Below the pieces are notes generated by a model, which was not told the DNA's origin, did no database searches, and worked only from the letters and a program-made list of their open reading frames with translations. The position numbers and the translations under genes were made by a program. 64,000 nt of DNA from Candidatus Kaiserbacteria bacterium (GTDB lineage: Bacteria > Patescibacteriota > Minisyncoccia > Phycocordibacterales > UBA2100): the NCBI GenBank assembly GCA_027083345.1, contig JALWOZ010000030.1:977-64976 (forward strand), written 5' to 3'. Position 1 is the stretch's first letter, and every line of letters starts with the position of its first letter. Shown here piece by piece: positions 1 to 8,900 of this stretch.

Positions 1-207
1 AGCTGGAGCGAAAGATTGTGCCGTCTATATCAAATACTGCAAACTTTTGTAATGTACTCATACTCGTAAGCTTACCACAATGTAACAAGACAATCATTCA
101 ATGGGGCTTGCGGACTGAAGATGTTAAATCCGAGGGAGCAGGGAGATTTTTCTCTCAAGAAAAATACTCTGTACCCCAGTGTATGATTCGTCTTGTGAAG
201 TTGTGCA

Positions 208-870
208 CTACTTAGCCTTAGGCCAAATATTAGCCGCACTTGGTATAAGCTTGGTGAGTGGATGTCCAGAGCAATCGTGGGGCCGCGCCGGGCACACATA
301 CCTACCATATAACACTAATCCATTATTGACATACTTCCAATCCTCTTTATTAAACAGTTCCTCCAAATCTTTAGATATCTTGGTTAAGTCTGTATTATCC
401 GTAAGCCCAAAGCGCAGAGCGAATCTGCGCACATGCGTGTCTGTAGCTATACCCTCCCATATATCATACACCTCGCCAAGCACAACATTTGCCGTCTTAT
501 ACGCTACACCGGGGAGCTCTATAAGCTCCTTAGCGCCATTGGGCAGTCTACCGCCAAAATTCTTTTGTAGATATTGAGCACTTGCGATAATATTCTTAGC
601 TTTATTGTTATAGAAACTAACACTGCTAATATCTCTACTAAAGTTTACCGGATCTGCCTTTGCAAAATCTTGTACTGTCTTATATTTTTTGAATAATTCT
701 TTAGTAACCTTATTCACAAGCTTGTCTGTGCACTGCGCCGAGAGCATCACTGCCACCAAACACTGAAAGCGTGTATTATATTTAAGCTCCGTCTTAGGCT
801 TCGGGTACGCCTCTTTAAGATACTTTATTATTTTACTAGCCCTACGCCTCCTAGTCTGCAGGGTTATCAT
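208..870 (-). CDS. nth: Endonuclease III (DNA glycosylase/AP lyase)
   Basis: HhH-GPD fold sequence with LPGVAYKTANVVL. C-terminal 4Fe-4S cysteine ladder CPARPHDCSGHPL (C-x6-C-x2-C-x5-C). Confidence 0.9.
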   Translation of the reverse strand: MITLQTRRRRASKIIKYLKEAYPKPKTELKYNTRFQCLVAVMLSAQCTDKLVNKVTKELFKKYKTVQDFAKADPVNFSRDISSVSFYNNKAKNIIASAQYLQKNFGGRLPNGAKELIELPGVAYKTANVVLGEVYDIWEGIATDTHVRRFALRFGLTDNTDLTKISKDLEELFNKEDWKYVNNGLVLYGRYVCPARPHDCSGHPLTKLIPSAANIWPKAK

Positions 871-1609
871 TTTGATCTTTGCTCTTAATCTCTTCCACTT
901 TCTCTTCCTCTACCTCTACCCTCTTCTCCTCTTGAGCTATCTTATTATCTGCCTGCTCGCGCTTGGCGTGTACATCCATAAGAGAGAAGGACATCATGGC
1001 CGCAAAGACTATACCGGCTACATTAACTAAATACATTACAAATGCTCCCGCCGCCATGGGTATGCTTAGGTGTGCAATACCTATGCCAACCACAGCAAGT
1101 GGTGGCATCAAGGCCACAGCAACGGCCACACCAGTAAGTCCCGATGATAGATGTGGCTGAGCCACAGTATATGCTGCTGCAAGGCCAGCGATGATAGCCA
1201 CAGCAAAATACAAAAGAGTTGGTTGAGTGCGGGCTAATATAATAGCATTACTCATAACAGACTCGCTACCAAAACTACCAAAAGAGAAAAGGAGAGATGC
1301 ACCGACAGATGCCCCAATAGAAATAGCGGTGGCCCTACCCAAGGTGCTTAGAGAGCGCCCCATAAGAGAGTGATTACTCATAGAGAGCCCCAAAGCAAAG
1401 GCTAGCACAGGACTCATAATAGGAGCCAGAAGCATAGAGCCTATCACCACTGTCTCACTCCCTGCGAGTAAGCCAAAGCTCGCCATAAGCACAGAGAGCA
1501 CCGTCATGTAAAAGAAGTCGAAGTCTGGAGTAGCATCCTCTATCAAAGTACTAACGGCTCGCACTTTATCTGCCTCCGGTATCGCCCTAAATCTTGTAAA
1601 GATATCCAT
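851..1609 (-). CDS. Polytopic membrane protein, DUF389-like (hypothetical)
   Basis: 252-aa ORF with several hydrophobic helices, Gly/Ala-rich. Lys/Glu-rich C-terminal tail. Confidence 0.45.
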   Translation of the reverse strand: MDIFTRFRAIPEADKVRAVSTLIEDATPDFDFFYMTVLSVLMASFGLLAGSETVVIGSMLLAPIMSPVLAFALGLSMSNHSLMGRSLSTLGRATAISIGASVGASLLFSFGSFGSESVMSNAIILARTQPTLLYFAVAIIAGLAAAYTVAQPHLSSGLTGVAVAVALMPPLAVVGIGIAHLSIPMAAGAFVMYLVNVAGIVFAAMMSFSLMDVHAKREQADNKIAQEEKRVEVEEEKVEEIKSKDQNDNPAD

Positions 1610-1752
1610 GTGAATATTATAGCACGCACCTTATAAATAAGAACATCCTTGACTATTATTAAGATATGTGTCATATTAGTTGATAAGGTTTTGGACTCAA
1701 CTTTAGTTAGTTATTAGGGTTTAACTCCTAATACTAATTAACAATAAATATT

Positions 1753-3030
1753 ATGGATAGTAAAAAATCCTCTAGCAGTAGAGGCACGCGTATCAAGCGC
1801 AACAACAGTAGAAACAGTGGTAACTGGCGCAAGAAAAATAGTAACTTTAAAAGGCACTTTAAGGGTGGTGGGGGCGGCTATCGTGGTGGTAACGGCGGGG
1901 GACACCGGAACAGGACACGCAAGATGCCGAGCTTTGACCCATCACAATTTATAAATAAAAACCCTATAGAGGTGCAAGAGGTTGTATATGAACCTAAACA
2001 TACCTTTAAAACGTTTGGCCTAGACTCTAAAATCTCAAACACAATAGAGCGCATGGGTATAACAACTCCCTCCCCAATACAAGACCAAATAATACCTCAT
2101 GTAATGAAAGGTCATGATGTGATAGGCCTAGCAGAGACTGGCACCGGCAAGACGGCTGCCTTCCTCCTGCCTCTTATACACAAGGCGATGCACGCCCCTA
2201 GTAGAAAAACTCTCATACTCACACCGACACGTGAGCTAGCAATACAAATAGATGATGAGCTAAAGAAGTTCGCCAAAGGGCTCAACCTATTCTCTACAAT
2301 CTGTGTAGGAGGTGTTAATATTCGTCCTCAGATAAAATCTCTCAAGCGTAATAATCACTTTATCATTGGTACTCCTGGTCGTATATTAGACTTACAACGA
2401 CAAGGACACCTACGTACAAACGATGTAACAACCGTTGTGCTAGATGAGGCAGACAGAATGCTAGACATGGGCTTCATAGGAGATATGCGCTCTATACTTG
2501 GCAGTACACAAAAAAACCGTGAGACACTCTTCTTCTCTGCGACTATGACAAAAGAGGCTGAGAAAGTAGTGCACGACTTCCTCAAAGACCCGATAGAAAT
2601 CTCAGTGAAGAAAAAGGACATTACGAACTCTATAGAGCAAGACATCGTGCCATACACTCAAGCTAATAAGTTTGAAACGCTTATGCTACTACTCTCTAAA
2701 GAAGAGTTTACTCGCATAATAATCTTTGTGGCTATGAAACACTCTGCAAGTAAGCTCGCCCGCCAACTAAACAACAACGACATACTTGCAGAATCTATAC
2801 ATGGCAACAAGACTCATGTGCAACGCCAACGTGCTCTTAAAAAGTTTAAGAGTGGCAATGCGTGCGTGCTGGTAGCCACAGACGTAGCGGCGAGAGGAAT
2901 ACACGTAGACAATGTCTCTCATGTTATAAACTACGACCTCCCTCAACAATTTGATGATTATGTGCACCGCATAGGCAGAACCGGACGAGGTAATAAAAAA
3001 GGTAGAGCCCTGACTTTTGTACCAAATTAA
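1753..3030 (+). CDS. DEAD-box ATP-dependent RNA helicase with Gly/Arg-rich N-terminus
   Basis: Q-motif region, Walker A (GTGKTAAF), DEAD (VLDEADRMLDMGF), SAT and HRIGRTGR motifs. Confidence 0.9.
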   Translation: MDSKKSSSSRGTRIKRNNSRNSGNWRKKNSNFKRHFKGGGGGYRGGNGGGHRNRTRKMPSFDPSQFINKNPIEVQEVVYEPKHTFKTFGLDSKISNTIERMGITTPSPIQDQIIPHVMKGHDVIGLAETGTGKTAAFLLPLIHKAMHAPSRKTLILTPTRELAIQIDDELKKFAKGLNLFSTICVGGVNIRPQIKSLKRNNHFIIGTPGRILDLQRQGHLRTNDVTTVVLDEADRMLDMGFIGDMRSILGSTQKNRETLFFSATMTKEAEKVVHDFLKDPIEISVKKKDITNSIEQDIVPYTQANKFETLMLLLSKEEFTRIIIFVAMKHSASKLARQLNNNDILAESIHGNKTHVQRQRALKKFKSGNACVLVATDVAARGIHVDNVSHVINYDLPQQFDDYVHRIGRTGRGNKKGRALTFVPN

Positions 3031-3082
3031 TTTATAGTATAATAGATTTTAAAATATTATTAAGATTATAAATTAAGATATT

Positions 3083-4280
3083 ATGAAAAAACTAATCTAT
3101 ATAATATTAATTCTTATTATCATAGCCGGAGGATACACTCTTTTTGATGTGCCATCCGACAATGACAATATAACGTATGATAGAGAGTCCGGAGAATTCG
3201 GACAATATGACGATAGTAATAATTACTTTTATGAAGATGAGTATAGGGGTGCCGGAGATGAGGGTTACGTTATAGAGACGGAAGTTGACGGTCCCGAGGA
3301 CTGCGTGAGTATGGAGAAGTACGACGAGGAGCGCGGTGTATGCTACATAGAGTGCGGCACTCCCGCTCAGTGTGACGAAGTGGAGGCAAAATTAGACGCC
3401 GCACTTGACGCTCTTGATGAGGATTTCCAAGAGTTCTCAAAAGGTGTTGTAGCATTTAAAGGTAATGCAAGCGACCTTGAAGAAGAAGCGGGGGTTGTAT
3501 ATAACATAGAAAAGGGAGAGAAGTTTACAGTGGTATCGGGTACTGAGAATGCCAACCACATCAAGGTTAAAAGCTGGCTCGCGCAAATCTCTCCCAACAA
3601 GTTCTCAGACACATACCTAAACCGCCTTATCCCCTACACAAAACCCGGAGCCGACACAATGGCTTATGTAACGCCGAATATGTCAAATCCGGCAAAGTGG
3701 GATATGTATGTAAATATGGACACGATGAGAGACGGAGAAAAAGAGATGGTCTTTACGCTTATACACGAATTTATGCACATACTTACACTCAACAACTCTC
3801 AAGTTAATGCAAACATAAGTGAGGAAGACTGCGAATATTATATACAAGAAGGCTGTGTTAATGATAAAGCGTATATGAAGGCCTTTTACGACAAATATTG
3901 GAAAGGGAAGTTTAATCCAAATGCGCAAAATCCGGACGAGAATTACTCAAAGAATCCAAAAGCGTTCGTAACGGAATATGCCGCTACAAACACAGGCGAG
4001 GATATCGCAGAGTCAAGGGAAGTTTAATCCAAATGCGCAAAATCCGGACGAGAATTACTCAAAGAATCCAAAAGCGTTCGTAACGGAATATGCCGCTACA
4101 AACACAGGCGAGGATATCGCAGAGTCATTCGTGTCATTTATCTTTAAAAAGAAAATAAATCCAAATACAATCGCGGAGCAGAAGACGCAGTTCTTCTACG
4201 CTTATCCAGAACTTACAAAGATGCGCGACACAATCCGCAATGCACTAAAGCATATCGTCCGCGCAAGACTCGCTCAGTAA
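3083..4280 (+). pseudogene. Secreted zinc metalloprotease (HExxH) gene interrupted by a frameshifting 112-bp tandem duplication
   Basis: N-terminal signal/TM anchor. HEFMHIL motif. ORF 3083..4027 stops 9 nt into the second repeat copy. ORF 3978..4280 continues the same protein in the +1 frame, and the peptide GKFNPNAQNPDENYSKNPKAFVTEYAATNTGEDIAES is encoded twice. Confidence 0.6.
3903..4126. repeat. Perfect tandem duplication, 2 x 112 bp
   Basis: Units 3903-4014 and 4015-4126 are identical base for base. Unit length is not a multiple of 3. Boundaries ambiguous by +/-1. Confidence 0.9.
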
Positions 4281-4291
4281 CAATAATAAGA

Positions 4292-5506
4292 CTATCTAAA
4301 TATGGAGATAATTAGTCTCCATAACCTTACCCAAAAGGACTCTATTTTTGGTATTGGCTTTTCTTCTTGTTTTTTTACTTGCTTCTCAGGTGTTGTACTT
4401 ATCTGCGCATCTTCTGCTCTGTCGGATACCATTTTTGTATTGTTATAAACACAAAGTTGCATATTGTTTACCTTCTTTCTCGTTGAGGGGCCAAATACGC
4501 CCGTGCCTTTTGTTAAGTTAAGTGGTATAAGAATCTCGTCCGCATACTTTTCTTGAAACGCTTCTACGGCAAGCTCCGTGCGCGCTCCGTAAAGATTTGT
4601 CTCTTCTCCCCTTTCGGTTACACCAAGCTCTTGATTATTTAAAAATATTTGCAACCGCTTTACCGCATCACCTCTGTCTCCGGGCTCCAGATCCGTATTA
4701 AACGGCTCGCACGCCTCTTTACCATCTCTGTTATTTTGATTGTTTTGATTGTCTTTAACTTCTTTATTATTCTCTGATATAACTCTTACCTGATTATCTA
4801 CCTCTCTCTCGGTAATCAAATTGAGCTTTTGCTCTTGTTCTTGCTCAAGCGCGCAATTTTGTACACTTATCGGCTTTTGTGTTCTGCAAGTTTTGTCTGT
4901 ATATACCGTACCATCACCAAGCTTATCTACACAAAAGACATCTCGCTTTTGCACACCACCGGTACACGCTCCCCACTCTCCCGTTTGCCAAATATAATTC
5001 ACTCCAATGCCGACTCCTGTGTTGCTTACTATCCCGCCCCCACCTACGCCTGCGGAAGGTTCTGCATTGTTTGCAGGGCGCCAATCGGTACGCACATCGC
5101 AATTTGTACAATCAAATGTAAGCGTTCCTATCAAGCTACCGGTCGCTCTGCCACTAAACTTACCTGTTGAGGTGTCTATGCTGACCCCCGTAAAATTAAT
5201 CCACCCAAGACTCTCACCCCAAGCGTATCCCGAGAGAATGCCGGCATCATTGCTCACTCCACCTTGTGTTGGAGAGAGATTGATCCAACCGGAATTTTGA
5301 GACCATACATACCCTGAAAGAGCAGAGTCTGTAACGGTAACATTCTCAAAGTTAATCCAACCTATATTATTACTCCATGCGTAATAATATGGACTTGTCA
5401 TACCTTCAGCATATGAAAATGTTGGAATAATTAAAAAAATAAATACCAAAAATATTTGGTAAAAAGATAATAATCCATATTTTGAAAGTATATTGTATCT
5501 AGTCAT
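4292..5506 (-). CDS. Secreted repeat protein (SGYxWxxxxGWINF/L repeats) with C-terminal peptidoglycan-binding-like domain
   Basis: Signal peptide ending FSYA. At least four WS/GE-x-GWIN repeats. Gly-rich linker. C-terminal segment (DRGDAVKRLQIFLNN...YGARTELAVEAFQEKY) resembles PG_binding_1. Confidence 0.55.
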   Translation of the reverse strand: MTRYNILSKYGLLSFYQIFLVFIFLIIPTFSYAEGMTSPYYYAWSNNIGWINFENVTVTDSALSGYVWSQNSGWINLSPTQGGVSNDAGILSGYAWGESLGWINFTGVSIDTSTGKFSGRATGSLIGTLTFDCTNCDVRTDWRPANNAEPSAGVGGGGIVSNTGVGIGVNYIWQTGEWGACTGGVQKRDVFCVDKLGDGTVYTDKTCRTQKPISVQNCALEQEQEQKLNLITEREVDNQVRVISENNKEVKDNQNNQNNRDGKEACEPFNTDLEPGDRGDAVKRLQIFLNNQELGVTERGEETNLYGARTELAVEAFQEKYADEILIPLNLTKGTGVFGPSTRKKVNNMQLCVYNNTKMVSDRAEDAQISTTPEKQVKKQEEKPIPKIESFWVRLWRLIISIFR

Positions 5507-5523
5507 ATTTATTTTATTTGACT

Positions 5524-5961
5524 CTACCTAAAAAGTGTTATTGGGTTTATCGGTGCCACATCAATAATCTTCTCAAGTGATGGTCTAAAGAGTATCGCTC
5601 TTTTTATGGTCTGATATACGAGTATCTTATCGCCATTTTTTGCATTATTGAAAAAAGTTTTATCTTTCATTTTTTGTTCATCAGCTATTGTCAGTATAAT
5701 TGGCTGAACATCTCCTGGCAGTAGCATGATTTCTGATACTGCAGATACAACTTTAATATCATTTTTTTGTATAGCATTACCTTTATTGAAAGTAACCACA
5801 AGAACAATAATAAGCACAGTTATCAAGGTGAGCACTACCCACACTCCAGGACGGATTATACGTACAAATAATTTTATTTGCTTACACTTTATCTTTAAAA
5901 TCTTAGTAGATTCTTTTTTTATTTTTGCAAGGTCTATTCTCTTTTTCTTCTTCTTTACCAT
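5524..5961 (-). CDS. Small single-pass membrane protein (hypothetical)
   Basis: Poly-Lys N-terminus, one TM helix. Sits between the two large surface-protein genes and is co-oriented with them. Confidence 0.45.
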   Translation of the reverse strand: MVKKKKKRIDLAKIKKESTKILKIKCKQIKLFVRIIRPGVWVVLTLITVLIIVLVVTFNKGNAIQKNDIKVVSAVSEIMLLPGDVQPIILTIADEQKMKDKTFFNNAKNGDKILVYQTIKRAILFRPSLEKIIDVAPINPITLFR

Positions 5962-5966
5962 AGACC

Positions 5967-8900
5967 TTATTCATTGTTATTTACTTCATCTTCTGTAGTA
6001 GTGTCTTGTGTTGTTGTGGTAGATTCTTCGTCTACATTAGAACTATCACTCTCTTGTTGATTTTCTTCTTCAGCATCTTGCCCTTGAGTTTGTATATCTA
6101 TTTGAGCCTGATTATCTTCTTCATCTATTGTTTCTTGGTTAGATGTATCCTCGTCAGTAACTCCAGTGTCTGAAATATTCGCATCAGTGCTGGTACTCAC
6201 CTCTGTTGTTGTATTTACTATAGTTTCTATATCTTCTTGTGTGCTTTCACCAGTGCCAACTTTTACTACTCGTTCTGCTGTTGCCACGTGCTCCTCCCAC
6301 TGTGCCTTGTATGTAATTGTATAAGTTGCATCTGTAGATGTGTCTATATCCACATTTTGTACTTCTGAACCATCTACATATGTCTTAATACTTAAATCAC
6401 TACCATCAGGATTTTTAGCACTAGCACCAAGATCTGAGTAACCCGCACCTACTGCAACTTCAGCCGGGTTATTGCCAAGTATAGTAATTGTTGGTACAAA
6501 TGTATCTTGATTGTTATCATCCTCAGATGTTGCATCTGTATTATCGGAATTATTTGCCGCAGATACGGATGCAACCAACTGAGACTCAAGACTGGCAATA
6601 CGCGCCTCAAGCTGAGATATCTGCTCATCTTTCTCGCTCTTCCAAGTAAGTAACTCTGTAATTTTCTCGGTATTTGCTTTTACAGTATCCCACATATCTT
6701 GTATAGCTTTTACAATAAGCGCCGGATAGTATCGTGATTTCAAACTCTCTACCTGTCCCTCTTCGTTATAGTTCACATACCACTTCAAATCAGTCTCGTT
6801 TACCTCTTCAGCAATAAATCCTGTTGCTTCTTTATCATTGTTTTTATACTTATACTTCACTGGACGAAGTTGCATCAACTCATCAAGTCCCCATGGCAAG
6901 TCTTCCACATCTTTTTTATAGCGAATAGATGATGGGTAACAATCTGTACCATCTCCACCATAGCTAATTTGACCATATGTAAACCCACCGGTTCTCTTGT
7001 AACAAAGTATCCTATCATTACTATCCCACTCCGCCAACTTTGGAAATGCCATTTGAGCACCATTCATGATAATTGCCTGACTGCCGTTTGTATAGAGTTC
7101 CAAAGTACCATCACCAACACTATCCAAACCACTATCATTATCACCAATCGCTAAGTCTAATGATGGAGAAGCGCCAATACCCACTCTTCCGGAGCTGTCA
7201 ATACGAACTCTCTCTGTATTATTCGTAGCAAATACAAGTGTCCCGTCTGCCGGCGAGAACATTCCCCCGTCAGTATCACCCCCGGAGTCATAAAATGAAT
7301 ATCCTGCACTTCCACCACCATAAGTAGAACCACTACCTACCTTAATACCACCTTGAACCTGAAGTGTAGCATTTGGAGTGCCGGTATCCGTACCAATATT
7401 AACACGACCAGTTGTACCATCTATATTCATTCTTACTTGTGCATCTGAGAAAAACCTTAGATCATCTGTACCGGAAATACGAAAACCAAGATATGAAGCA
7501 TCCGCATTACCCTGAATTTCAGCAAATCCTGTAGAGCCATTGTAAAATGACAAAAGTCCCCGTGAAGCATTAAGCCTCAAAAGTTCTGCGGTACCTGTAC
7601 CCTTTAGTTCTATTGTAGCACCTGGGTCTGTTGTTCCGATACCTAAGTTTCCACTCTTTCCGTACAAAGTCGGTCCGGCACTTCCCAATTTGACCGCACC
7701 AACGGTGGTGTCGCCAACTCCATACAGACCCAAGGTATTGGCGGTATCAATATCCGTGAAAAAGCCATCATCTCCGACCTGCAAAAATCTTGCTCCCGAT
7801 GCGGTGCCGTTGTCATCTATATGCAACTTAGCTGCCGGAGAAGTCGTGCCACCAATCCCCACTTTTCCGGAACTGTCTATCATAAAGCGAGTTGGTTTGG
7901 ATGTCGCCGATACATCGTAAAGATAAAACTCTCCGCCAGTAAGACCCAAGCCGTTACCTGTGCCACCAACTCCCAACTGCCAAGCGGTACTGGTGGCATT
8001 GTTATTTTCTATTGTTATAAGTGAAGTTCTGTCTGTGGTACCACTTGTTTGAAAAGTTGCTTGTCCATATCCTGAATTGTTTACTGTAAGCGAATTTGAT
8101 ATAACAGTTGCCCCACTTGCTCTCAATGTCCCCACAATATCCAATTTATAACTTGGTGTTGATGTACCAATACCGATATTACCGCTACTTACATCCGCAA
8201 ATAGAGCCGGAGTACTTGATGTTCCCACTCTGAAATCCCCCCATACATCTAATTTTGATGCCGGGGTGGTTGTACCAACACCAACATTACCACTTGCGTC
8301 AATCACGAAAGGACTTGTGTCGCTCGCTTGATCGTTTATCTGGAAAGAATTCCCACTCGTTGTGTTTGTAAGTGTTAAAAGCTCTGCGGATTCATCAAAA
8401 TAAAAAGGAGCACTAGTTGTAGAACCGCCAAGAGCAAGGTCGTCCGTTTGGCTTGAAAGATATGTAGTTGCGCCTCCATCGGTAAAGAGACTTCCTCCAA
8501 CCACCTCCCAAGAGCTTCCGTTATAAACATTAAATTTGTTTGTAGAAGTATTGTAAATCTGAAGTCCCGTTGCCGGTGAGGTTATAGCATCTCTTTGAGT
8601 AGTTGTCATTCTTGGCGCCAAGAAACCTTTGGTGGTGGAAGTAAGATCAAGAATTGCAGTACTTGCAACAGAGCTTGCGCCAAGAGCAACAGCATTATTA
8701 CTGGAGTCAATAAATAATGTATTTGAGTCAATGTTTAGGTTGTTTGGAATGGAGACTGTTGAAGCGTTTATGGTTAAAGTATCTCCCGAAGCGTCTCCAA
8801 TTGTTGTATTGCCACTTGACGAGAGGGTGGTAAATGCTCCTGTACTCGCCGTAGTCGCTCCGATTGGAGTATCGTTTATAGTTCCTCCGGAAATAGTTAA

